Assembly (NCBI GenBank): GCA_000002445.1
Contig: CH464491.1
Location: forward strand, 5,056,001 to 5,120,000
Origin: Trypanosoma brucei
Lineage: Eukaryota
Length of the DNA stretch: 64,000 nt
Direction of reading: 5' to 3'
The notes beneath the pieces are model-generated. The model was not told the origin of the DNA. It worked only from the letters and a program-made list of their open reading frames with translations, and searched no databases. The position numbers and the translations under genes are program-made. Shown here in pieces: positions 1 through 10,862 of the stretch (its first letter is position 1; the number at the start of each line of letters is the position of its first letter).

Positions 1-280
1 TCTTCGTGGTTTGTTTGCGCCTCTCCAAGTTGTCGGTTTGTGGGTCGCCTGCGAAGAGCTTTTGCCATTTGTCATCGGCTGCCGTCATGTTCATTGCTTT
101 GATGTTCGTGATCTCTGTATTGTTTAGATCAGGAATGTCGGGTATTTGTGGGTCGACGTCTTTCAGCCGGAATACGTCACAAAGTAGCTGTAGGTCTTCG
201 ATTTTTTCGCGAGTAAGAGCTGCATGTGCCCTGGTCACGGTGGCTACCAGCGTTTTTAGCAGTACTGCCTGCTGATTCAT
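1..280 (-). CDS. Partial ORF open to the window edge; possible VSG N-terminus
   Basis: ATG at 280 (minus); 93 codons to the window edge with no stop: MNQQAVLLKTLVATVTRAHAALTREKIEDLQLLCDVF... Hydrophobic signal-like start plus an early ..LC.. as in B-type VSG N-termini. Sits in the expected cassette position: flank motif at 953-1010, 70-bp repeat at 1365-1475. Confidence 0.3.
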   Translation of the reverse strand, partial: MNQQAVLLKTLVATVTRAHAALTREKIEDLQLLCDVFRLKDVDPQIPDIPDLNNTEITNIKAMNMTAADDKWQKLFAGDPQTDNLERRKQTTK

Positions 281-1364
281 TTCTTGTTTCAGTGCGTCCT
301 GTCCTAATCCCTTGTCGGTTGAAATCGGAGAAAGTTATGACGGTTTGGATTCTTTTTTTTCCAAGACGCTATCGCCTACCAGCTGTTTTGAAGGCTTGAC
401 ACATTTGCAGAGGTTGGTGTTATTTTTGTCGTTTTTGGTTTGTTTTCTTATTTTTATGAGTTTCCGTGGTTGTGATCGGTTTTTTCCACTTGTTTTTCTA
501 GGAAAACTGGTTGCTTGGAGTTTCAGCGGCTAGAGGCTTGCTAACGTGGAGCCGGAACATAGTTTCCTCGTCGCTTCTGTTTTTTATAATGGACTGTCAG
601 TTGTGCGTTGGCGGCCGCTTCTATTTAAATTACTCGTTTGTTAAAGAGCGTAAGTATTCCGTCGCTGCACCAATAAGGAATTGGAGTAGTGTCGCCATAG
701 ATTCTCTTCACTTCATAAATCCGCTCCAACAGTTAAAATATGTTCTGTTTTAAAGAGTTTCTACCTTTTTACTTTTCTTTTCCTCTCTACAGTAATCCGT
801 TTCTACTCAACGTTTTAAAAAACTCCTCCAGGTAACATTGAAGTGTTTCCTACATCTGTTTACCGTTATTAATATATATATATATATATCATTAACATAA
901 GACTTCGATATTGTTTCACACTTACACAACCCTACCCATTCTTGTGCTGTATTCTCTTCACAGCTAAATATTAGGATCAGTTATTAGCAAAAAAGTACAG
1001 TCGTCACCAAATCAGCTGCTTCACGTATCCACATTTGAAGAAAATACATACCAAAATTTCCTTCTGTATCATCTCCCTCTCTGCCATGCTGCGCAGCCAC
1101 GTATCCTTTCTTTTTTTCTTCTAGTCCTGTTTCTGCTTGCAAAGCAGTTACTCAAGATGTCCTGTAAACCGTACTCTGTAACCTAAAAATTGGCCACCAT
1201 CTTCCCCTTGTGTATCATGATGCTCCTCATCATGTTTATTATTTAAATGCGCATCTTCCACCTCCCTTTCCCTACATTCCTTACTGTCATACTTGCTCAG
1301 CTTCTCCTTTTGAACTATTGTCATTCTTTTAAATGCTTCTATTTTTCCCGCCGGTTTTATCTCA

Positions 1365-1475
1365 ATCACCACAATATTATAATATTTGTATATACTCACT
1401 CACAACACACTCCTATTATTGTCATTATTATTGCTACTATCATTATCCTTATAATTACAGCTACGACTCTAACTT
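1365..1475 (-). repeat. VSG 70-bp repeat (single unit)
   Basis: aatattataatatttgtatatactcactcacaacacactcctattattgtcattattattgctactatcattatcc: GT-rich core plus TTA/TCA triplet tract. Confidence 0.85.
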
Positions 1476-1744
1476 GATATCCATAAAAAATGGGAAATGA
1501 ACTAAATTAATATATTACTTATTTTAATATACAATTACCCTCCTACATTCCACAGACAGTCCTCTATAATACAAATGTTTTACAAGTTCTTATTTTTTAA
1601 AAATTTTAATGAATTACACGTTTTGCAAGTTAGAAGTTAAAAAGTGTTAATATATATAACAAATTTTATAAAACTTCAAAAAATTATCTCAGAACAAAAA
1701 AATCATAAATTTAATAAAATTGAGCAAATATCCTTCGAATGATC

Positions 1745-2060
1745 GAATGCTACCAAACTTACAAAAGCAACAGGCATCAGAGCTAATTTCTTATTGAAAA
1801 TAAAACTGGAATCCTTGCAGTCTTTTTCATACTATTAACAGTTGCTGCCCTTTTCACAAGCTTGTCGATTAGTGTCATGTCTGGAACACTTATCTTTCTT
1901 CTCATCTTCCCCTCCTTCTTTCGCTTCTTCTTTTTATACTTTTTTTATGCCATCCTCACTCAATGTGCACTTTTTATCGTCGTTTCCTTTGGGATTGAAA
2001 ATGCGCCCATGACAGTTGAGCGGCTTTAGACGTCTGCTGTCAGGGGCAGATCTGGAAGTC
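1745..2060 (-). pseudogene. Orphan VSG C-terminal domain fragment (GPI-signal region only)
   Basis: Minus-strand translation gives ...DCKDSSFIFNKKLALMPVAFVSLVAF. Upstream coding matches the C-domain of the 12433 VSG (CTLSEE...). No N-domain. A 16-mer-like 3'UTR lies at 1641-1660. Confidence 0.6.
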
Positions 2061-2249
2061 ATTCCTTAACTGCTGATCGTAATAATCTCCTAGTTCCGAA
2101 TATCTCTCTTTTTAGATTATTTTTCATTTAAAAGCTATTCGTTTCGCGCAGCTACACTGGCATGCGTCAGCGTAAAAAAAGCCGAATGCACCGCAAAGAA
2201 AAACCTGGCAAATTATAAAAAAGCCAAAAAAAGTAAATTAAAACCCGAA

Positions 2250-2284
2250 ACCTAACCCCCTAACCCTAACCCTAACCCCAACCC
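2250..2284 (-). repeat. Interstitial telomere repeat tract (CCCTAA on plus, i.e. TTAGGG on the VSG strand); fossil telomere
   Basis: cctaaccccctaaccctaaccctaaccccaaccc, about 250 bp 3' of the VSG 2571-4086 3'UTR. Confidence 0.85.
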
Positions 2285-2520
2285 TTTTTTTCTCTTTTGT
2301 CGGTCCTATTTCTGTTCGGGCAGATTGTTCAAAAACTTAATTAAATTCGTTACCTCGGCCCAAAACAAAAATTAATTAAAAATAAAAAACCTAACACTAA
2401 AACCTACAAAAATCAACAGGAAAAAGGAGAAAAAATTTAGCAATCATCAAAAAAATTTGGTAGGCTCAGGTAGCCAATATATATATATATGTATATAACG
2501 ATTTCTCGGAGATTTTAAAG

Positions 2521-2539
2521 GGGTTAAAATATATCAAAT
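2521..2539 (-). promoter_or_regulatory. VSG 3'UTR 16-mer-like element (reverse complement of TGATATATTTTAAC..)
   Basis: gggttaaaatatatcaaat, immediately 3' of VSG 2571-4086. Confidence 0.7.
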
Positions 2540-2570
2540 AGCAAAGTTCGTTTAAAAATAGGGGAATTTT

Positions 2571-4086
2571 TTAAAACAGCAAGGCCATAAAAGCAGAAAA
2601 CACGTGAGGAACAGAAACTCTCAAATTTCTAGAAAACGATTTTTCATCTTTCTTTTTGTTTTCAGCTTTTGGAAAGCATTTAGGGTCTTTTTTATCATCA
2701 AAATCACAGCCTTTTTTATCTTTGCAGGGTTTCACTTGTTTTATGCTTTTTGCATTCATCTGCTGATTTGGCTGGTTCTGTTAATTTGTCTGTGTTTGTG
2801 GGACATGAGGGACTTTCTTGTTTTTTCTTCTTGACTTCTTGTTCGTTAATGAAACGGCGAACAGTGTAACATGTTGCTGCATCTGCGAGTTCTTTGGGGT
2901 TGGTTATTGTTTTCAGTTGTCTGTCGCCATTGCCGCCTACGGCGGCTTTTGGTGGTGTCATGTCGTCAAGCGACTTTCCTACAGCGTTTTTAATTTCGTC
3001 TCCATTTTCACCGATGACTTCCTTTAGTAAGTTATCCACTTTGGTTTTCGTGGCATCGGCGTACTTGGCGCCTTCGCCGTCTATGGCTTTCGCTAATTGT
3101 TCTTTCAGCCTCGGCGCCATTATCAGTGCTTTTATATCCAATGTTGCCGACAGTGTGCCTATCGCTGCTGCAGCGTCTTCTAGCTTGGCTATAGCTGCTG
3201 CTGCTGCTGCAATAGTTTTTTTGTTGGGGATCGCGGTAGCTTCCGAGCTGTCGGAGTATTTGCTGTCGCTTGCGTCAGTTTTACGTGTAAGCGTTATTGT
3301 TGCTTTGTCAAAAATCTTGCCGCCCTTTAAGGCTAGCACTGTGCTTGCGCCGTTGCTGCAGCCGTTGTTGGCTCCGTATTTCTGCCCGTTCGTCCCTGCG
3401 GCTGCGCAAAGTGTGAGCTCTGCGTCTGCTGCTGGTGGCGGCATATCTCTCGCTTTCAGCCCAATCAACACCAACTTATTTGTGCCTTGTTCATTTTGTG
3501 CGTGGCTACCTGTATGGTCTTCGTTCGTCCCGTCGGCTTTTTTGCATGTGCCGTGTCGGTTTGGTGTCAGCTTGGGTTTTGCCTGAAGATTCGTGCCGTT
3601 CGCGTACGTGCTTACTGCTGTGACAAAGTTTGTGGATTCTATTTGCGTGTTGCTGAGCTCTGCAACCGCTAGCATTTGTCGTTCTAGTTGTGCTGCTGCT
3701 GTTGTTCCTGCGTTTATAACGGCTGCTTTTCTTTTTACTGAGTTTAATACTTCACCAGCTGATTTTAAAAGAGACACCGCTAACAGCTTGGCTGTCAGTG
3801 CCTTCGCCCCTGTCTCTGTGCTCGTTACGGCGGGCAATTTTGTTGCTTTTGCGGTTGCCTTTTCCGCGTTATCAATTGCTGTGCTGATCAAGGCTTGGGC
3901 ATTGGCTGCAATATCTCCCAAATAGTATGCTGCGTGGCACGAGGTTGTTACTGCTGGTCTTTTGCGGTGTAATGCGGTAGCTACAGGCATTGCTGTTAAA
4001 GCAAAGATTAGTATTAACGCTTGCGGGGTTCGTTCTATCTTTACTATGGTGTCGGCCTTGCCATATTGGACGTTACTGCTGGTCAT
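2571..4086 (-). pseudogene. VSG, N-domain ORF intact, frameshift in C-terminal domain
   Basis: 456-aa ORF 2716-4086 with a hydrophobic signal (ALILIFALTAMPVATA) and an Ala-rich N-domain ends ...ADECKKHKTSETLQR*. The tail (KGCDFDDKKDPKCFPK...SAFMALLF) continues in another frame (2571-2759). 3'UTR 16-mer at 2521-2539; 70-bp repeat at 5660-5790. Confidence 0.85.
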
Positions 4087-5659
4087 TGCTCTTTGCTATA
4101 CAAACTACAGAAAGTCAAAGTTGGCTTTTAAGAAGTATACAACAAGAGTACACCGCTGTTTTTAGCGTAGAATGCATAAGAAATTCGGATCATAATTAGA
4201 AGCTTAGCCTAGTGCTTGCTTTTATTAATTTCGGATACAACCTTGCTACGCAGTTGTTGCTGGATACACCATAGTTTCTGCGTCTGCTACAGTTTTACAC
4301 GACTTGTAAAACTGCTTTAATTGTCTATAAGAATGTTGTTACTGCACAATAATCAGGTTTTCTGTGAATAAAAAGGGTATCTATTGCCTGTTACCCTGCT
4401 TGTTTTGTTGATATACTAAGATCTGAATGCATGTGTTTATTTTTAACCTGCCTACTGTGAGTGAATCAACGGCCTGAAAGTATTATGTCTCTATTAATCA
4501 GCTCAGGTACTGTCTGTTCTATTCTTTGTTCCCCAGCTTTATTTAACATTTAGCGTATATGAATGCATCTGTATCACTGTTCGTCCCTTTTCAGCGAGCT
4601 CCGCCGCTGCCGCCAAAGTAGCCTCGAAAAACACTTCTTGTGTTATGGGGCGCCATCCTGTGTCTCCTTCTTCCGCTAGAGTTGATTTATGCGTAGTGGT
4701 CATAACTTTATTAGTACGAGTATGCCGCTGCAAGTTAATCCAGCTGCCTCTGTCAGTTACATTTTCCCTATTAATTTCTATTTTTAACGTTTCCGACACA
4801 GAAAGCCGTAAATAGAATTAAATGCTGATGGTAAATAGCACCACTTCACTTCTTTTTTTCCTCTACGGTGAATTGAATTTCACTCTTATATGTAAAATCA
4901 TTTATAATATCCAACGTATATCGATTAATTTTACTTTTCATACATTTAATGTGCTTGACTATAAAAAAACGAACAAGCTGCTTCTATCTGATAAATTTCC
5001 CATTCCTGTATGTTTAGGGGGAGTTGATGCTTACTGTTTCTACACTATCTTGTAATATAGTGACACTTTTACAGTTTTTTTCGTTTTATTTTTGAACGTG
5101 TTCTTTCTCTTTCTGCTCCTATCTAAATTTGGTGCTGCTTTTGGAACTTTTGCAAGTTTTTTTCGGTCATCAGCTGTCTGTTTTCTCAAAGCATTGCCAG
5201 TTGCACTAATTTTTGTACTAGACCTACTTTTAGACATATTAGCCACCCTTAACCGGCTATAATCACCGTATCACATTGCTCTTCATCTATCATGGTGGCT
5301 ATATGGAAATAATTCAATCTTCAAATGGTTTGTTGTAGCATACAGGTAATGGTAGGGTTAGGCACCTTCCAGTTGCATTGGTTCATTATGTTAGTTATAA
5401 CGACCCAATTTGGCTATGCGGTCTCCCTGTCACTATATGTTTATCTCACTACATAATCTCCTTGTAAATAATGGTATCCATCGTCATATTTGTGTTTAAA
5501 ACTGCACAAATTTCCTCTCTATATTCATCCTTTTATCTTTCTGCGTTTTATGTGCTAACATTTCTCCCGCTCTTCCTCTTACTTACTATCCAACTAACTC
5601 ACTTACCCCACGGTGACCTCGGCATTGGTTTGAATACTTTCATTTTTGACTTCCAGTCG

Positions 5660-5790
5660 ATTATTATTATTACTCCTCTTATTATAATATTTGTATATAC
5701 ACACTTACAAAAAACAATTTTAATTATCATTGTTTTTGTCAATAATGTTTACTCTTACTATTATAACCCCTTTGTATCCAACTGAAATCC
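5660..5790 (-). repeat. VSG 70-bp repeat
   Basis: attattattattactcctcttattataatatttgtatatacacacttacaaaaaacaa...; upstream of VSG 2571-4086. Confidence 0.8.
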
Positions 5791-6033
5791 ATGAAATAAA
5801 CAAATAAGCTAATTAGAATAGCATCTATTTTCCATACTCTATCACTATACTATTTGAAAACCATATGTCACTTTCATACATTCTTTAAATTTTTTATATT
5901 TTTTAATTTTTCTTAAATAATCATATTTACTTATCTTTTTTACAAACCTGTTAAAATATTCTTATAAAAGAGCGTCTTTTCATAGATTTTATAAAATTGA
6001 ACAAAAAACTCTTAACAATAATTCTTAAAAGTG

Positions 6034-7458
6034 TTATGCTAGAAGCAAAAATGCAAGCCAAAGAGGCGCCTTGTTAACGACAAAAGAATTGCTTCCGGTG
6101 GTGTTTGTGTTTGTCGTTTTCCCATCTTTCCCTTCTTGGCAATCGTTTTCTCGCTTAGATTTCACCTCCTTTTTCAACTCACACTTTTTGTCTTTTTCGT
6201 TAAAAGTGCAGTCTTTATCCTTTAAGCTTTCACAGGCTTTTTGATCACCCCCTGCTTCATTGCAAACTTTTTTTGCCGGCTCTTGTGTTGCTTTGTCTGC
6301 TTGTTGGCTTAGAGCTTTTGTGGGTTGTGGCGGTTGAGTAACTTCGACCGTCGCTTGCAAGTATGTTCTCAACGCTGCTGTTTTTAAGTTTGTGACCTCC
6401 GCTGCAATACGAGCATTTTTGAGTGAGTTTTTGTGTGCTGCTTCCAGTCTGCTTATTGCCGCTGTGAACTTGCTGAGCCACGGTATTTGCAGCTTGCCGG
6501 TTGCATCTAACGCCTTATACAGCACGCAGTCTCCGTTGGCGGCGCCGTTGCATTGTGTCTCGTCGCCTTTGCCTAGCATTATTTTGCCTGCTGTCGTGGC
6601 GCCCGCTTTGTGTTTTAGTGCCGCCGTGAAAGTCGCTGCTGCTGCCTTTATGTCTGCTGCCGTCGTTTTTGTGTGTGGTATTAATGGGCATTTTTTTGCT
6701 AAGGCCGCCGCCGCCGTTGCCGACGCACTGGCCGTGCTGTAGGTAATGCCGCTTAGTGCTGTCCCGGTGCATGCTGGTGATGACCCTCCGCTCGCGGAAC
6801 ACAGGCATAGGAAATCGCTCATGAACGACCTGCCCGCCTCGCTGTTGCTGGGATCGTTGCCGCCGCAAGCTGTCGCTGCCGTGCCGTACGTCTTGCTTCC
6901 GGCCTTATCCTCGCCGGCTTTATCGCCGAAAAGAATGTCGTTAAAGTCGGCTTGTGCCTCTGCCTGGGTGGTTGGTTCGACTAAACCTTTTTCAAGTGCC
7001 TTAGCTTTTTCTAGACTGCAATTGATTAGCTTGTTTGCTGTTGTCCGCATGGGGCTGTTTGGTAGTCGAAGTATTTTGATGCTGTCTATTTCCAAGTTGC
7101 CAGCAGAGATGAGGTGCTTGGCTTTCTGCCATTTAGGCCTGTTTTCTTTGTACTGCTGTGGTTTATCGCCGTCACTTGAATCATCTTCAAACTTTTGGTC
7201 GTACATGCTGTCTTCTGCTGTAGAAAGGTTAAGTTCGATCAGCTGTTGTATCGCGCGCGTCACCTCTTCCTTGTCTTTTTGCTCTGGAAGATCTGCTTCT
7301 GCAGTTAGGATCTGACGGATGCCGCACATCATATTGAACGCTTGTGCGTTATCGTTAGCTGCTCCTTTGCAGCTGCCGGCAAGGAGTGTTATTGCTACCG
7401 CAATCTTAACTTCGGCTACCGATAGCCTTGGTGAGCTTTGAAAATTTTGTTTCTTCAT
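6034..7458 (-). CDS. Variant surface glycoprotein, apparently intact (B-type N-domain, NTNTTGS...LWLAFLLLA C-terminus)
   Basis: 474-aa uninterrupted ORF. Signal peptide VKIAVAITLLAGSC. Motif CGGNDPSNSEAGRSFMSDFLCLCSASGG...IPWLSKF typical of B-type N-domains. Cys-rich C-domain and GPI signal SNSFVVNKAPLWLAFLLLA. Confidence 0.9.
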   Translation of the reverse strand: MKKQNFQSSPRLSVAEVKIAVAITLLAGSCKGAANDNAQAFNMMCGIRQILTAEADLPEQKDKEEVTRAIQQLIELNLSTAEDSMYDQKFEDDSSDGDKPQQYKENRPKWQKAKHLISAGNLEIDSIKILRLPNSPMRTTANKLINCSLEKAKALEKGLVEPTTQAEAQADFNDILFGDKAGEDKAGSKTYGTAATACGGNDPSNSEAGRSFMSDFLCLCSASGGSSPACTGTALSGITYSTASASATAAAALAKKCPLIPHTKTTAADIKAAAATFTAALKHKAGATTAGKIMLGKGDETQCNGAANGDCVLYKALDATGKLQIPWLSKFTAAISRLEAAHKNSLKNARIAAEVTNLKTAALRTYLQATVEVTQPPQPTKALSQQADKATQEPAKKVCNEAGGDQKACESLKDKDCTFNEKDKKCELKKEVKSKRENDCQEGKDGKTTNTNTTGSNSFVVNKAPLWLAFLLLA

Positions 7459-9004
7459 CGCTTTCTTTGTTGACTATCTAAGTTTTATTGCTCCTTAAAT
7501 ACAAATAATTTGTCAGTTTCTGCTTGGGCCGCTGTTTGAATGTGCCGTTCCGCAGTGGCGGTGAGGGAACTTTTCCTAGTAAATGGCGAAAGTCTTTTAC
7601 ACTGGCTGATTTTTGTATGGAAGGGTAAAGGCAGAAAGCTACTTTGTCATGTATGCGCTAGATGTTCTGTCCGACTGCATAAAATGCAGCTTGCACTTTA
7701 TTTTGGGGTCGTAAAGTTGTGGCATAACCTTCAACCGCTTCCTTACTATATCTAAATCTAAAATGGTTATTAGTTAGGTGTCAGTCCGGCTTCACTTTGC
7801 TCCAGTGGCGTGTGTTATTGGTGCCGTCTGTTTGTCTTTTTGCCTGTTCCTGCTTAGTGAAGGTTGTTTCAATCGCTTTAGCAGCAGGCCGGTATTTTTT
7901 TGTTGTATTTTCGTGTAATACAAGGTGATATATCAGAACTTTAGTTGCTCTGACCGATTTTGCTGTAAATGTGTCTGTTTTTTTGGTGGTGTATTATTGT
8001 CTTTTTTGTACTTGGTTTCGATGAACAGATCGGAATAATAGCTATTGCAATTGTCGATGTGTTGTTTAGCACTCATTGAACTTCTTTATAATTTGAGTAA
8101 AGCAATCGAAGCGCCAGCGCCTTTTTGCCACAAGTTGTCCGCACTTGACATCGCTTGACGATGCTTAATTCGTTGCAGATTGTAAAGTCGTTTATGACAC
8201 GTGACTTGTTTTTGTCTTGTCTTATTGGTAGAGCCCTCTGTATAGGAGTAATCTTGTGCATTCCGTTGTAACGGGAGCCGATTTTTGGTCATTGCATTGG
8301 TGCCGCCGCCTTATGTTTCTCAGCGCCCTTGAACATCCTATCTGGTGCTGACTGTCGCAAGCAATTAAAAAAAGTACAAGCAAAAAAAGCTCGTGGGCCG
8401 CTTACTGGCTACTTCCCTTTTAAAGGCCCCCAACAATATATAATTCATTCCGCAAGACGTTTTTGATTGAATTTCTGATTTAATATTCGGATAGTGTGCC
8501 ATAATAGAAACGGCAATCAACACGACTGCCGTGACTTCATCTATTTTTCAAGTGATACACAAAAATTTATTTACTTCTTTTCTATTTTCCTCTACATCGC
8601 GGTGTGTTATAACGTATTATGTTGTTTGATCATGTACTATTTATTATGCTTCACCCGTGCTGCTTATTTCATGACAAAAACGTACCGATTGTATTTTTCC
8701 TGTGAAATGGACTCTTTTTATTCCTCATTTCTGGTTGCAGCATGTCCTTTTGTATAACAATACAAACTATCTTATTTATGCATGAAACTTGCGCATATTT
8801 CATCAGTCATCCTTTTTCATGACTTTGTACCCTTCAAAAATATTCTCTATGCTCTCTTTCACTCACACTCACTCTCTTGAACACATCTCACTTACTTACT
8901 CTAATTTCACCGTTGACATTGTTGTATAGTTTCTATTTAGGCCTTGAATTTAGTCATCACAGCTCTTTTGTAAAATTTTTGCATACATAGTGCCGAGATA
9001 ATCC

Positions 9005-9056
<52 letters not shown>
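9005..9056 (-). repeat. (TTA)16 tract: partial 70-bp repeat lacking the GT-rich core
   Basis: Perfect tta x16 at the cassette position where a 70-bp repeat is expected (1.5 kb 5' of VSG 6034-7458). Confidence 0.6.
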
Positions 9057-9253
9057 TTGACCATACCTAATATTGGTTGAGAATAAAATACATGAAATTA
9101 TAATATTTCATGATTTCTCTCGCTTTTCTTACCATATCACTTTACTGATTTGTGACCATAGACTGCTATCATGTACATTTTACTAACATTTTCACATTTC
9201 TCTTATTTTTTAATTTTAATGAATTTTACTAATTATCACATTTTAATCAAAAA

Positions 9254-9274
9254 GCGTTAAAATACATAAAAATC
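9254..9274 (-). promoter_or_regulatory. VSG 3'UTR 16-mer-like element
   Basis: gcgttaaaatacataaaaatc, 3' of VSG 9323-10862. Confidence 0.6.
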
Positions 9275-9322
9275 TTTTCAAAGTATTAAAGTCTAATAAA
9301 TTTGAGAAAAAAGAGGGGATAA

Positions 9323-10862
9323 TTAAAACAGCAAGGCCACAAAAGCAGCAGTCATACTCAGAGTCAATTTGTTATTGAGGAGAAAACTTGAATCCTTGTA
9401 CTCGCCTTCAATCCAACTACAAACCGCTTTTTCACTTGGTTTTACGTCCTTGTTTTCCGGTTCAAATTCTTTTTTAGTGTGCTTGGTACACCTATTTGAA
9501 TCAGTTTTGCCATTTTCCCCTGCTTGGTTTTTTGCCCCTTTTTCTGCTTTTTGTTTGGATTCCTTATCCAATTTTCACTTCCTTTTTCCGCGTTCTTCAA
9601 CAATCAGTTTGCATGGCTTTTCGCACTTGTGTAACCCTTTTGCTTCACAAGTTGAGTCTGTTTCGTTTATTTTTGTGGTCTGTTGGTTTGATTTGTTTTC
9701 TAAATTTGTGGTCTGTAGTTTTAACTTTTGTATATTTCGGTTCTTGTAGTAAGCCAAGACTTTCTGCAATGTTTCTAGACTACTGATGCTACTTAGCGCT
9801 ATTTCCTTCCCTTCATCGGCGTCAGGGTCTTGGACTTGCTCTTTCGTTTTACTGCTGTCGTATTTTTCGGACATGACTGTGCTACCTCAAAGCATTGCTT
9901 CTATTTTTCGTTTAACAGCGGGTTCAGGAGTTCGCGAACCGTTCTTCTTCAAAACTATTGACCTGTAGAGAGATACGAAAGTTTGGTCGTCTTTCAGTTT
10001 AAGTCCGTCTTTGAACTCATACTTTTGGGGTTGCTTATTTGTGGCCAAGTATTCCTGACGAGCTGCATGAAGTAGAGGCTCTGCATCTGCTTTGGTCCTT
10101 ATTTTGGTTGTTCCCTTCATTTTCATGCCTGTGCCGTCAAGATAGAAAATAACCGCCGAAACCTTTGGTGTTACGCCAATAGTGTGTCCGGTGTTTGCAT
10201 TTAGCATATAGTTCGTGGCTTTCGCTTTTGTTAGAGCTCAGACGCTACTTCCACCGGTTGCCTCAACATCAGCATCGTCGCTTTTGATCGCGCCCTGATA
10301 GCCGGCTGCATCAAAGCCTGTAACTGTCGGTTCAGCTGCTGTTAGCCCGGTCGTTTCGAGCACACATCCAGGCGCGTCGGTTGAGAGGTCTGTATTGTGT
10401 CTTCTGAACACATTGGTCCCGGTTTGCCTCGAGGAGAGAGTGTGTAGTGTCGCTGGCGATCTGGCTCGTTTATGTCACGAATTATGCTATCGCCGCTTGC
10501 GCTCTCGCCGCATCCCGGATCGCTGTTAGCTGTATTGCCTTCGGCTGTCCCAGAGAGGTCCTCCAAGGCAGTTTCCCCCGCTGAGTGTAATACGCTAGGA
10601 GCGCCTTCTCCTCCGGGGTCTGTGAGCCGTCACCATTTTTTTCTATTATTATTTTTGCTTTGTATAACTGCTTTAGCTCATCGTGCGCAGTTGTCGCGTC
10701 ACCTTTTACAATTGCGGATGCTTTTTGTTGTATCTTGTCGAGTTCTGCCGCCAACTGGCATGCACCGGTCCATGCAGTATATTTGATGCCGCCGCCAGGT
10801 GTACAAGACATGCTTTTGGCCGCGAGTAGCGTAACAAATAACGGCAGTGGAGTGGTTTGCAT
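9323..10862 (-). pseudogene. VSG pseudogene (multiple frameshifts/stops)
   Basis: N-terminus with signal peptide (MQTTPLPLFVTLLAAKSMSC...) at 10482-10862. N-domain pieces at 9887-10207 and 9575-9874. C-terminus ...CSWIEGEYKDSSFLLNNKLTLSMTAAFVALLF at 9323-9571. 3'UTR element at 9254-9274. Confidence 0.85.

Noticed and set aside
860-890. (TA)n microsatellites (about 868-888, 2478-2500, 11512-11524)
   Set aside because: Short simple repeats are common in kinetoplastid intergenic DNA. They have no positional relationship to the cassettes.
1247-1477. Recurrent plus-strand ORFs encoding ...IIIFVYTHSQHTPIIIIII... (1247-1477, 5471-5785, 11872-12144, 29826-30239, 36159-36353, 43110-43334, 46781-47113 with an HYHH run, 49460-49768, 52907-53458)
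   Set aside because: These are translations straight through the 70-bp repeats and their TAA/TCA tracts. The repeated peptide reflects the repeat DNA, not a protein family.
2250-2284. Telomere hexamers as evidence that the window contains a real chromosome end
   Set aside because: Only 4-6 units are present, flanked on both sides by ordinary array sequence, and the same module recurs 24.6 kb away. These are interstitial relics, not a terminal tract.
2894-3586. Long plus-strand ORFs antisense to VSGs (e.g. 2894-3586 230 aa, 6746-7315 189 aa, 40739-41224 161 aa, 48101-48772 223 aa, 50009-50959 316 aa)
   Set aside because: They are Ala/Ser/Leu/Phe-rich low-complexity frames with no motifs. They arise because the GCN/AAR-rich VSG sense strand leaves few stop codons on the antisense strand. 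Every one is fully contained within a minus-strand VSG.
6515-6868. Arg-rich minus-strand ORFs in alternative frames (6515-6868 MRRQRSQQQRGG..., 47885-48292 MRQRRSGVRRSHS..., 44248-44520)
   Set aside because: They overlap better-supported VSG frames. The Arg runs come from reading GC-rich Ala codons (GCN) out of frame. No independent support.
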